64,000 bases of DNA, from the sequence record PV544171.1, one strand, 5' to 3'. The DNA comes from Enterococcus phage AllMyExes. Made by a program: the position numbers and the translations under genes. Positions 10,287 through 20,242 of this stretch are shown one piece after another. The first letter of the stretch is position 1. Each line of letters opens with the position of its first letter. The notes beneath the pieces are model-generated. The model did not search any database, was not told the origin of the DNA, and saw nothing but the letters and a program-made list of their open reading frames with translations.

Positions 10287-11339
10287 ATGAGACTAAAGAA
10301 AATTTCAGAGATACTAGGTAGACTAATTGATGTAACTATGATAAACACACACGAGATAAACGATTTTTCAGTTGGTTCTACTATTCGTTCTATTTATGAA
10401 GCTGTTTCTATGGAGTTAGAGCAGTACTATATTTTAGGTAGAGAGAATATTTTATGGGGAATTGAACAAGGAGTCCTAAATGCTTTTGACTTTAGGAAAA
10501 GAGAAGCAAAAAGAGCGTATGGTATGGTAACACTAGAGTTCCATACGGTTACTCAGACCCCTGTGTATGTACCAACAGGAACAACATTCGACTCTAGCTT
10601 GTCTGGTGCCCCTAGCACGTTAACATTCCAAACGATGCAAGACTACATAATTCCAGAAGGTGTTATAACAGCAAAGGTAGAAGTTTATTGTACAACTGTA
10701 GGTACAAAAGGGAACATACCTAAAGGAAGAATCAATCGGGTAATTAACAATATATCAAACTTAAAAACCGTGTATAATGAGTTTGATTTTTTAACAGGTA
10801 CTGATGAGGAAAGTATAGAGTCCGTTAAAAAAAGATTTCATGCATTTGTGGAATCACGTGGTAGAGCAACGATAAAAGCCTTAGATTACGGTACACGTCA
10901 AGTAGAGGAAGTTGCAGGAGTTTACATCAAAGAAGAAGTAGGTTACGTTAGAATATACGCACATGATTTAAACGGTGATTTAAAACAAGAAACACTAGAT
11001 AAAATAAAAGTAGCTATTGAGGACTACAGACCTGCAGGCATTAAACTGGATGTATTCCCTGTAATAAAATCCAATGTACAAGTGAGTGCAACTGTTACTA
11101 TAAGTGACAAATCGAGAATAAATAGTAAATTAGAAGAAAGAGTGGAGCTTACAATAAGAAACTACTTAAATAGTCAAGTTGTTTCACAACCATTAATTTT
11201 AGCTGACCTAATTCAGGTTATAATGAATATTGACGATGTTTTAATCTATGACTGTAAAATTAACAACATGGAAGGGAACATGGCTGTTAGGGACGAAGAG
11301 ATAATTCGTGCAGGAGAGGTTATTGTAGAACTGATATAA
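10287..11339 (+). CDS. baseplate J-like protein (gp6/J family)
   Basis: Size (350 aa) and conserved W-then-J synteny. No motif-level verification was possible. Confidence 0.45.
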   Translation: MRLKKISEILGRLIDVTMINTHEINDFSVGSTIRSIYEAVSMELEQYYILGRENILWGIEQGVLNAFDFRKREAKRAYGMVTLEFHTVTQTPVYVPTGTTFDSSLSGAPSTLTFQTMQDYIIPEGVITAKVEVYCTTVGTKGNIPKGRINRVINNISNLKTVYNEFDFLTGTDEESIESVKKRFHAFVESRGRATIKALDYGTRQVEEVAGVYIKEEVGYVRIYAHDLNGDLKQETLDKIKVAIEDYRPAGIKLDVFPVIKSNVQVSATVTISDKSRINSKLEERVELTIRNYLNSQVVSQPLILADLIQVIMNIDDVLIYDCKINNMEGNMAVRDEEIIRAGEVIVELI

Positions 11340-11356
11340 ATTAGGAGGAATATAAT

Positions 11357-13774
11357 GTGAGTAACTTTTATAAAAATATCCACCCTCTGTTGAGACGTGG
11401 TAAGAAACCTAACAAGTATGATGATACTAACTTTGCAGTGCTTAATGCGTTGAACTATGAATTAACTCAGGCAGAGCAGGAGACCATTGCTAGTAAGATT
11501 CATTCTTCATTAGAAACAGCTACAGGTGAGTACCTAGATACTTGGGGGGACTGGTTTGGTGTATATCGTAAAGATGATTGGAATGACGAATATTATAGAA
11601 AAAGAATTATAAGAGAACTTTTACTAAAAAGAGCCACAATTCCTGCTATCATTGATGCGTTATTGGATTTCCTTAACGACAATGATGCAGTCATCCAAAT
11701 ATATGAACCTTGGAGAAACATTTTCTATACAAATAAGTCAAAATTAAACGGTGACGACCATTTAATGGGTTACTACTACCGTTTTGCAATTATCGATATT
11801 TCAATTGATAGACCGTTTCCTCCTGAAATTGTAGAGATTATTAAGGCTTTCAAACCTGCGGGAGTTCTATTCTATCTAAGGCTAGACACAAGCTTAAGTA
11901 AGAATAAAACAACTGTAGAAAGTCCATATGTATACCTAGACGTTACGAATAAGACAGAATTAGAGTTCCTTAACGGTTTATACTATGACCTACGAGGTAG
12001 CATTAACCTGTCTGACCAACGTACACAAGTAGTAGAGAGTAATATCTTCCATACGAATAACTCTATGCTAAACGGGGAAGATGTGCTTGCAGGGGCATTT
12101 GACCACGGAAGAGGTTACATCCACTTAGCAAGTACGACATTGCTTGAGTACACACCAAAACCTACTGACTCTATGAGTGACTTAAAAACAGCTCTAGGAG
12201 AGTCAGGTGCTGACATGTATAATCAAACAAAAGAAAAGGACGGAAGAACAGCTTCTATTCAAGTACCTGCAACAAAGAATATCCACACTTTATACTCAAA
12301 CAGTACAGACTTTAGTGATTACGATTACTCGGGAAACCCTAACGTAATTGTAACAAATGCTAATACATTCAAATCAGGAACTGGCGGAACTCTTACCTAT
12401 AGCAGTGGGGAGTACACTGTTTTGATGGATGGGTCAGATAGATTAAATAAATTTAATACCGATGGGGGAAATAGTGTATACCTAGAAGATAAAGCGACCT
12501 ATACAATTTCTTGTGAAATGTATATCGGTTCTGACTATACTGGGAATGCCGACCAAGTATTTGTTAACTATGCATATCTTGATGGAGGTTACACTTTACT
12601 GCAAACAACAAGACTTCCTGCGGATGCTCCTAGGGATACTTGGATAACAGTAAAAGGAACGTCTACCATGAATTACCAAGGGAGGGTACCTAAAGTATTA
12701 TACTTGAGTTGGCAAACAGTTGCAAGTGATACTAACCCAACCGGTACGCTTAAGATGAGAAATATAAAAATTGAACGTGGGGAAATTAATACTCCGTATC
12801 AACCTAATTTATTAGGGGCACCTTGGTATTTAGGTAAATTTCCATTAGGAAAAAACCTTGCAGACCCTACAGTTAAGTTCCCAATAAACACGAGTGAATA
12901 TAAGTTATATCAAGGTGATATGTCGGAGCCGTTTAGAGTTGGGGAAACGTATACAGTTACTATTGAAGGTATAAAACCTACTAAAAATAAATTTGGTGTG
13001 TATAATGCGGGCACAGTTTTATTAGGATTTTTACATCCTGTAGAGGGTTTACCTAATACATGGACTGGGACATTTAAAGTACCTGCAATAAATGCAGAAT
13101 ACCCTAATAGACTGCAACTATACCAATTATCGAACGATAGTGACTATGGTACTGTTCAAATTGACTGGCTTAAGATTGAAAAAGGAGGTACTAGAACTCC
13201 TAACATTGACTCCTACAACTATGTGGGCACTCTAGTAGAAGATACAGAAAACCCTACAGTAGACCCAACTAAGTACACATGGACAGTATATGGAAGTATA
13301 ACAAATAAAAAAGCATATATAGTATTCGATGTTAAAACTTTTATCGAAGAAAATTATGCTATGGAATTTGAAAAACTTATTGCTGACCTAGGAGAAGACC
13401 AAGCATTAAATACTGTGTTTGAAAACTTTAATATCTCTACAGCACTTAAGGCTCTAGTAAGTCCAAGTTCACCAATTAGTTTCTCGGTTGAACTATACGA
13501 TTTTTCTACGAGTGCATGGCACAAGTTAAACACGGATAGTTTAGACTTACGTATGCGTACATTCAACTTAGTAGCAAACCGTATCACAGACTATCTAAAT
13601 GATTACAAGCTATTATTTGTTCGTTACGTGTTCGATAACGAAACAGATAAAGATGCAACGGTTGAACTAGACATGTTAAATGTACTGTTCAAATACCGTT
13701 TAGGTGAAGGGTACAGTATAGGACTACAATCATCTGTGGAATCACTAACGGAACTCGTTCCTATAGAAGGGTAA
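11357..13774 (+). CDS. baseplate/tail fibre structural protein with two CBM-like beta modules
   Basis: GTG start with AGGAGG RBS. Two modules end ...IKIERGEINTPYQPN and ...LKIEKGGTRTPN, the same module ending seen in the first ORF. Confidence 0.45.
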   Translation: MSNFYKNIHPLLRRGKKPNKYDDTNFAVLNALNYELTQAEQETIASKIHSSLETATGEYLDTWGDWFGVYRKDDWNDEYYRKRIIRELLLKRATIPAIIDALLDFLNDNDAVIQIYEPWRNIFYTNKSKLNGDDHLMGYYYRFAIIDISIDRPFPPEIVEIIKAFKPAGVLFYLRLDTSLSKNKTTVESPYVYLDVTNKTELEFLNGLYYDLRGSINLSDQRTQVVESNIFHTNNSMLNGEDVLAGAFDHGRGYIHLASTTLLEYTPKPTDSMSDLKTALGESGADMYNQTKEKDGRTASIQVPATKNIHTLYSNSTDFSDYDYSGNPNVIVTNANTFKSGTGGTLTYSSGEYTVLMDGSDRLNKFNTDGGNSVYLEDKATYTISCEMYIGSDYTGNADQVFVNYAYLDGGYTLLQTTRLPADAPRDTWITVKGTSTMNYQGRVPKVLYLSWQTVASDTNPTGTLKMRNIKIERGEINTPYQPNLLGAPWYLGKFPLGKNLADPTVKFPINTSEYKLYQGDMSEPFRVGETYTVTIEGIKPTKNKFGVYNAGTVLLGFLHPVEGLPNTWTGTFKVPAINAEYPNRLQLYQLSNDSDYGTVQIDWLKIEKGGTRTPNIDSYNYVGTLVEDTENPTVDPTKYTWTVYGSITNKKAYIVFDVKTFIEENYAMEFEKLIADLGEDQALNTVFENFNISTALKALVSPSSPISFSVELYDFSTSAWHKLNTDSLDLRMRTFNLVANRITDYLNDYKLLFVRYVFDNETDKDATVELDMLNVLFKYRLGEGYSIGLQSSVESLTELVPIEG

Positions 13775-13799
13775 TAGCAAATAATATGTTATAATATAA

Positions 13800-13828
13800 A
13801 TAGGGCACCTAGTTGTGTCCTATTTTTT
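13800..13828 (+). terminator. rho-independent terminator (imperfect stem plus T6)
   Basis: Read directly. Confidence 0.4.
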
Positions 13829-13879
13829 AATAAACATGCTATATTAACAATTGAATGATAAAGAAAAGAGGTAAATAAT

Positions 13880-14425
13880 GTGGCTATTGCAACTAACAAT
13901 TCACGAGTGTATGCCTCACTCCAATTAAAAAATAAACAAGACAGTATGTACCTAGCAATTGGTAAAACCACTCCTTGGACTAATGAAGATGCCCCTCCTG
14001 CACCAGACCCTACTACGACTACTCTAACAGAGGTTATCGGTTATAAAAAGGTAGCAAGAGTATCTTTATGTAGAGAATATCTACCAAGTGACGATTCTAA
14101 ATACCCTGTGGTATCCTATGGTTCAAGAAAATTTACGCTAATTCCAGATGAGGACGGCTATAAAGAGCAAGCGTGGATGGTATATGTAGAAGCAGAAATT
14201 ACAGGAGATGAACTACCAACAGGAACATTTAGGCAAGTAGGTATTCATACTGACTTAGTGTCTAAGGCAAGTTCAGAAAAGAAAGCTTTGTTACCTACAG
14301 ATGTAACAGATGCAGGTATTTTGCAATTTTTTGAAAATAGACAGCAACAAAATAGAACAAGTGATGTAATTTTAAAAGAGAAATTTATTATTACAATGGA
14401 AAATAAGAAGTCAGTTAAACAATAG
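13880..14425 (+). CDS. hypothetical structural-region protein
   Basis: GTG start with AAGAGGT RBS, 181 aa. Confidence 0.35.
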   Translation: MAIATNNSRVYASLQLKNKQDSMYLAIGKTTPWTNEDAPPAPDPTTTTLTEVIGYKKVARVSLCREYLPSDDSKYPVVSYGSRKFTLIPDEDGYKEQAWMVYVEAEITGDELPTGTFRQVGIHTDLVSKASSEKKALLPTDVTDAGILQFFENRQQQNRTSDVILKEKFIITMENKKSVKQ

Positions 14426-14439
14426 GAAGGGTGACATAG

Positions 14440-17400
14440 ATGGCTAAAAATATTACAAATGATGATTTAGGTAAAGAGCCTTATAACAATAGATATTACC
14501 AAGGCAAACGATTTTCAGGTTTACTATTTAAACCAGATAAGCCGTTACAACAAGCCGAGTTAAACGAGTTACAGTCAATTATTCAAGGAGATTTAGGCAA
14601 TGTGGCTGAATCCATATTTAGTGACGGTGATATTCAGACCGGTATGGAATACGTACTACAAGATAAGAAGCTTACTATTAAAAAAGGTAAAGTATTCTTA
14701 GGCGGTAAAATGCGTAACTTTGACGAACAGAGTATCGATATTACCGGAGAGGGTACAGAGTATGTAGGTGTTAAACTTGTACAAAAAGTTATTACAGCAG
14801 AAGACGACCCATCACTGTTAGACCAAACAAGTGGTGTTCCTAGCCATTTCTCAGAAGGGGCTGACCGATTGGACGAAGATGTAGTACTAGCAGTTAACGA
14901 TGATTCTGCATCAAACATTTACCACTTTGTTAACGGTGAGTTATACATTAACCCAGATACTCCTGAGATGGACAAGATTAATAAAATACTAGCAGAAAGA
15001 ACTTATGATGAGTCTGGTTCATATCGTGTTCGTGGTTTTGATATGTACACAGAAGTTCATCCAACAGACCCTAACAATAAAATTCAGTTAGTTGTCGATT
15101 CAGGTCGAGCATATGTTTTAGGTTTTAAAGTAGATAAACCTACAACTACTCGTATTGATATTGAGAAGTCAAGAGAGTTAGAAACAATCAATAACGAAGG
15201 TTTCTACTATAGCAATGCAACTCGTAAAAATAAATTAGGTAATTCCCCAGTATCTTCTGTAGACCGTGTAACCGCACAAGTTGAAGTTGCTAAAGAACAG
15301 GTTTCTCGTGGGGTCGTAGGTGGAGGCACCGATTACCTTAAAAACACCTCTGTAACAAAAGTTATCCGTGTATGGACTGAGGGTTCAGGAGCACAGGAGT
15401 ACAAACAAGGTGAAGACTTCCAATTAGTAAATGGTCAAGCAATATCTTGGGCACCTACAGGGCAAGAACCTCCTGCAGGGGGAACCTACTTCGTTCAATA
15501 TGTTTATAATAAAACAATGATTGAAAATACAGATTACAAAGTTGTAATTACTGGTGAAGGCGATGCTAGGGAATGGTATATTGACTTTAACGAGATGACA
15601 GGTTCTAAACCAGTCGATGAATCACTTGTTAACGTAGACTATAAATACTTCTTAGCTCGTAAAGACCTAATTGTATTAGACCATAACGGGAATTTCACTG
15701 TCCATAAAGGACAACCTAATGCTCTAAGACTAGTAGAGGCACCTAACCATGTAGACCCATTAGTTTTAGCTATTGGTACAGTAGTAGTTTACCCAGACTC
15801 AAATACTGCTGATGCTAAACAATGGACAATCACACGTCTAACAATGGAAGAACTACAGAAGTTATCTGTTCGTGTGGAAAACATGGAGTATAACCAAGCA
15901 GTGTTCTACTTAGACCAACCGGCAATGGCAGGAGAAAACCCTATCTATCTACGTGGAGTATTCTCGGATGCGTTTATCTCACTAGATAAATATGACGTTA
16001 GTCACCCAGATGCCACAATTGCTTTTGACTTTGACACAGCAGAAATAACATTGCCTTATGCAGAAATTAATAAAACAGTTCCAACAATTATCGAAGGTTC
16101 TAGTGAAGCACATGTGTGGGGTAGACTAGTAACAGCACCGTTTACCGAAGAAGTGGGTATTAGACAGCCATTTGCTACGGAAGCAATGAACGTTAACCCA
16201 TACAACACCTTTAACAAACAGGGTGCCTTAAAGCTAAACCCTTCTGCAGATAACTGGATTGAAGATGAGCGTATCACAGTTACCAAAGAAGAAACATCTA
16301 CTATGACTGTTCGTCAATGGTGGAGACATGGTGGAGCATCTTGGACAAACGATGAGATGAACATGGTATCTAACATCACGCTCGACCCCGGACAATCTTG
16401 GGGAGGTGCCTCTGGTACAGAAGACCAACGTAAACAAGGGTTATCCGGTTCTACTTTAACCAGTGGCGGTCAGCAAACCAAAGAATCAATGATTGAGTTT
16501 ATGAGACAAATTGATGTTGAGGTTTACGCAGAGAACTTGCAACCTAATGCTAACAACTTATACGTAACATTCGATGGCTTGAGAGTACCTGTTACCCCAT
16601 CTTCTGGTTACCGTAAAGGTGCCACAGAAGGTACTGGTATGGCAAATGCAGACGGAACATTTAAAGGGGTATTTAAAATACCTGCAGGAGTTCGTTGTGG
16701 TACTCGTGAAGTATCTGTTAGAAACGATACAAACTTAGCAAGTACTACGTTCACTGCGCAAGGTACGTTAAAAACAACTGAGGATATTATCATAAAAACC
16801 CATGTTACTATTAACTTGGTTGACCCTTTGGCACAATCATTCAGTTTTAACACTAACAGAGTTGCAACAAGCTTTGATGTATTCTTTGCATCTAAGGATA
16901 ACAGTACAAATATTATTTGTCAAGTACGTGGAATATCAGAAGGTGGGCAACCTAATAAAACTGTGTATGCTGAAAGAGTGTTAAAACCTTCCGAAATCAA
17001 AGTATCAGATGATGCAAGTGTTCCTACGAAAATCAGTTTTGATGACCCACTAATGTGTAAAGCAGGTCAAGAATACTGTTTGGTATTCATTACTGACTCT
17101 GATAAATACACAATGTGGATTGCAACTATGGGTCAAAATAGAGTAGACGAACCAACACAAACAGTAACATCAAACCCTTACTTGGAAGGTGTCCTATACA
17201 GTTCATCTAACGCAAGTGCATGGTCTATTCACCAACTGTCTGATTTGAAGTTCACTGTATACACGGCTAAATTTAACGAAGAAGCTGTACTTGAGTTCGA
17301 TGTTATGAAGAACGTTAATGTAGACCGTATAGTGTTAATGTCTACCTACCTAACACCTGCAAACACTGGTTGTAGATGGGATATGAAACTAGTCCTTGAT

Positions 17401-17904
17401 AATGAGCCTGCAGGTACAACAGTAGATGATAAACCTTGGTTACCTATTGCTAACTACGTAGACTTAGATGTTAACCAGTTAGCTCGTGAGGCTAAGCTTA
17501 GAGCAACATTTAAAGCTAACCAATACATCTCACCAATGCTATCCTTGGACGACATTATGTTCGCAGGATTTTTAACAGCATTGAAAGGTAGCTATGTATC
17601 TCGTACAATAGATTTAACAGAGGCTCCATACAACACGGTTAAAATGTCATATGAACAATTTACACCTGCCGGAACTGTTGTGACTGCTAAATATAGTACA
17701 GATGAAGGTAAAACATGGAAGACATTTACAGTACAGCCTACAACAACACAACGTACACAAGACTTTGTTCGTGTAGACTATGTTGAAAAGATTAATACGG
17801 GTGGGACATTTAAGTCCATTAAATTCCGTCTTGATATGACGACCCAAAACTCCTTCCTCCGTCCAAGAGTAAGAAGACTTATGACTAACATGACAGATAA
17901 ATAG
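14440..17904 (+). CDS. large tail fibre / adsorption-associated structural protein (1154 aa)
   Basis: It is the last large structural ORF before the replication module, which is the position of the adsorption-associated tail protein in K/A511-like genomes. A strong terminator follows. Confidence 0.45.
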   Translation: MAKNITNDDLGKEPYNNRYYQGKRFSGLLFKPDKPLQQAELNELQSIIQGDLGNVAESIFSDGDIQTGMEYVLQDKKLTIKKGKVFLGGKMRNFDEQSIDITGEGTEYVGVKLVQKVITAEDDPSLLDQTSGVPSHFSEGADRLDEDVVLAVNDDSASNIYHFVNGELYINPDTPEMDKINKILAERTYDESGSYRVRGFDMYTEVHPTDPNNKIQLVVDSGRAYVLGFKVDKPTTTRIDIEKSRELETINNEGFYYSNATRKNKLGNSPVSSVDRVTAQVEVAKEQVSRGVVGGGTDYLKNTSVTKVIRVWTEGSGAQEYKQGEDFQLVNGQAISWAPTGQEPPAGGTYFVQYVYNKTMIENTDYKVVITGEGDAREWYIDFNEMTGSKPVDESLVNVDYKYFLARKDLIVLDHNGNFTVHKGQPNALRLVEAPNHVDPLVLAIGTVVVYPDSNTADAKQWTITRLTMEELQKLSVRVENMEYNQAVFYLDQPAMAGENPIYLRGVFSDAFISLDKYDVSHPDATIAFDFDTAEITLPYAEINKTVPTIIEGSSEAHVWGRLVTAPFTEEVGIRQPFATEAMNVNPYNTFNKQGALKLNPSADNWIEDERITVTKEETSTMTVRQWWRHGGASWTNDEMNMVSNITLDPGQSWGGASGTEDQRKQGLSGSTLTSGGQQTKESMIEFMRQIDVEVYAENLQPNANNLYVTFDGLRVPVTPSSGYRKGATEGTGMANADGTFKGVFKIPAGVRCGTREVSVRNDTNLASTTFTAQGTLKTTEDIIIKTHVTINLVDPLAQSFSFNTNRVATSFDVFFASKDNSTNIICQVRGISEGGQPNKTVYAERVLKPSEIKVSDDASVPTKISFDDPLMCKAGQEYCLVFITDSDKYTMWIATMGQNRVDEPTQTVTSNPYLEGVLYSSSNASAWSIHQLSDLKFTVYTAKFNEEAVLEFDVMKNVNVDRIVLMSTYLTPANTGCRWDMKLVLDNEPAGTTVDDKPWLPIANYVDLDVNQLAREAKLRATFKANQYISPMLSLDDIMFAGFLTALKGSYVSRTIDLTEAPYNTVKMSYEQFTPAGTVVTAKYSTDEGKTWKTFTVQPTTTQRTQDFVRVDYVEKINTGGTFKSIKFRLDMTTQNSFLRPRVRRLMTNMTDK

Positions 17905-17921
17905 CAACAGAATAAGTATAA

Positions 17922-17968
17922 TAGACTCTATATGTTATAATAGACATATAGAGTCTATTTTTTTTGTT
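17922..17968 (+). terminator. strong rho-independent terminator (13-bp perfect stem plus T8)
   Basis: TAGACTCTATATG...CATATAGAGTCTA followed by TTTTTTTT. Confidence 0.7.
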
Positions 17969-17981
17969 AGGAGGAATAAAA

Positions 17982-18188
17982 TTGCCAGAAACACATAGAC
18001 AAACAAGCTCAGGTGCACTTATATTTAAACCAACTATAGCTGAACAAGAGCATAAAAATGCTATGGAATCTATAAAACAAGAGAGAACAGAGCTAGAGAA
18101 AGAACTAGCTAATGTTAAAGCTATCAAAGATGAGTTGTCAAAAGAGCTAGCAGATATTAAACAACTGAAAGACGAATTATCAAAATAG
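17982..18188 (+). CDS. small coiled-coil protein
   Basis: TTG start 6 nt after AGGAGG. The track start at 17964 would include the RBS in the coding region. Heptad-like ELEKELANVKAIKDELSKELADIKQLKDEL. Confidence 0.35.
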   Translation: MPETHRQTSSGALIFKPTIAEQEHKNAMESIKQERTELEKELANVKAIKDELSKELADIKQLKDELSK

Positions 18189-18337
18189 TTTCTAAATTGT
18201 CCTATTTAGGATTTCTGGTTCCCTTATATTATTAACTAATATATTTAAATAACTATATATAAAATATATAATATATAAATAATATATAATAAGACTACGA
18301 AAAACATAAAATAGGACAAATCAACTCTGTATACACC

Positions 18338-18365
18338 TTGACAATTACCTGCTATGTGATATAAT
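18338..18365 (+). promoter_or_regulatory. sigma-A-type promoter TTGACA-N16-TGaTATAAT (extended -10), downstream of an AT-rich tract at 18230-18300
   Basis: Consensus hexamers read directly. Drives the helicase/replication module. Confidence 0.6.
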
Positions 18366-18442
18366 GAATATATTGATTATACTAAGGTGGGTATGTCAAG
18401 GAGCATGTATACTAATCTAACTTAAAGGAGATTTATTAATAA

Positions 18443-20215
18443 ATGAGACTAGTAGTAGATATTATGCATACTCAGATAAGGTATGAAGATTCGGAAAATT
18501 ATCTTAGACCAGAAATCCATAAGGTAATGCATTCAGAATTAGGTGTTAAAGCAGATGGATACCAATTCAGCCCTGCGTATAAAGCGGGTTACTGGGATGG
18601 TATTATTGATTTTTTTGATAAAGAAAATGATACGTTCCCCACAGGGTTACTACCCCATGTAGAGACAATATTAGGGAATCTCCAATCAACTTTATCAAAG
18701 TCAGGTTATATTTTTCAGTTTGAAATAATTGATGATAGACCTGATGAGTTCATGTCAGTAGAGGACATGGATAAGGAGATAGTACTTAATGGAGATAACA
18801 ATGACAAGATAACATTAAGAGACTATCAATATGAATCTGTGGAGCAAGTTATTAAGAACAGAATAGGTATTGTAAACGTTAGTACTGGTGGAGGTAAAAC
18901 AGAAATAGCATCAGGGCTTATACAACAAATAACCCCTTACTTAGAGTCAGGAGAGCGTATTGCATTTTTTACGAATAGTTCTTCTATTTTTTCACAGTCA
19001 ATTGACCGTATTGAGAAAAGACTTGGAATAAAAGTAGGTGCTTTTGGTGCAGGTAAGAAGGACATTCAGCAAGTTACTTTTGTAATGATACCTACGATTG
19101 TATCTGCAATATCTGCAGACCCAGAGGCTAAGCTTAAGCTGACTGCTAAAGAAAGAATGTACAAGAAAATTGCTAAGGATATAGCTCCAAAATTTGAAAG
19201 AGGGTTTAACCAAAGGAGTTTGCTTGAAGGATACCTAAATAACTTTCAAGTTAAGACAAAAGCAGACTTGCAGTTGAAACATGAACTAGAAGAAATTTTT
19301 TATTCATGTGGTACGAATAAGCAGGTTATTATGAAAATGAAAGGGTATCAAGCAGAATACCAAAAGATTGTTGAAAAGAAAAATGGTAAAGTTCTTAAGA
19401 AGTACAATGAGGCTATGGAGTTTTTAGATTCCATATCTGTAATGATTGTGGATGAGGCTCACCATACGAGTTCAGATACTTGGTATAAAGTGTTAACATC
19501 TTGTAATAACGCTCAGTATAGAATGGCACTTACTGGTTCGATTGACCGTACAAATCATGTGCTTTGGCAAAGACTTCAAGCTATATTCGGGGAGATTACG
19601 ACCAAGGTGTCTAACAACACACTCATTGAATTAGGTCACTCAGCTAAACCTAAAATAACAATATTTCCTATTATAGCCCCTGTAGATATTCAAACCACTA
19701 CGTATATGGATGCCTATCAAAAAGGTATAGTAGACAACGAATATAGAAATTCTCTTATTGCAAAGTTGACTAAGAAGATGTATGATAAAGGTAATGGGAT
19801 TTTAATTATAATTAATCGTATAGAGCACGGAGAGGCTATTAGTAACTTGCTAAAAGAAGAGGGAGTAGCTCACTACTTTATCAATGGACAACTTGAAAAT
19901 GATTTAAGGGATGAAAAAATTCAGGACATGCGTGATGGGGCACTTAAAGTAATGATTTCTTCTACGATTATAGATGAAGGTGTTGACATTTCAGGGATTG
20001 ACACATTAATTCTTGGTGCAGGAGGTAAGTCCTTAAGGCAGACACTACAACGTGTTGGTCGGGGCTTACGTAAGAAAAAAACAGGAGAAAACAAAGTAGA
20101 AGTATTCGATTTTTATGATTTAACAAACAAACATTTGAAAAAACATTCAGAGCAGAGAAGAAAAATATATGAAGATGAGCAATTTGAAATTGTTGATATT
20201 CCTATTCCTAAATAA
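18443..20215 (+). CDS. SF2 DEAH-box DNA helicase
   Basis: Motif I NVSTGGGKTEIA, motif II MIVDEAHH, motif VI QRVGRGLR. LRDYQYESV Q-motif-like region. Confidence 0.7.
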   Translation: MRLVVDIMHTQIRYEDSENYLRPEIHKVMHSELGVKADGYQFSPAYKAGYWDGIIDFFDKENDTFPTGLLPHVETILGNLQSTLSKSGYIFQFEIIDDRPDEFMSVEDMDKEIVLNGDNNDKITLRDYQYESVEQVIKNRIGIVNVSTGGGKTEIASGLIQQITPYLESGERIAFFTNSSSIFSQSIDRIEKRLGIKVGAFGAGKKDIQQVTFVMIPTIVSAISADPEAKLKLTAKERMYKKIAKDIAPKFERGFNQRSLLEGYLNNFQVKTKADLQLKHELEEIFYSCGTNKQVIMKMKGYQAEYQKIVEKKNGKVLKKYNEAMEFLDSISVMIVDEAHHTSSDTWYKVLTSCNNAQYRMALTGSIDRTNHVLWQRLQAIFGEITTKVSNNTLIELGHSAKPKITIFPIIAPVDIQTTTYMDAYQKGIVDNEYRNSLIAKLTKKMYDKGNGILIIINRIEHGEAISNLLKEEGVAHYFINGQLENDLRDEKIQDMRDGALKVMISSTIIDEGVDISGIDTLILGAGGKSLRQTLQRVGRGLRKKKTGENKVEVFDFYDLTNKHLKKHSEQRRKIYEDEQFEIVDIPIPK

Positions 20216-20242
20216 CTATAATAAAGAAAGGGTGGCATACAA

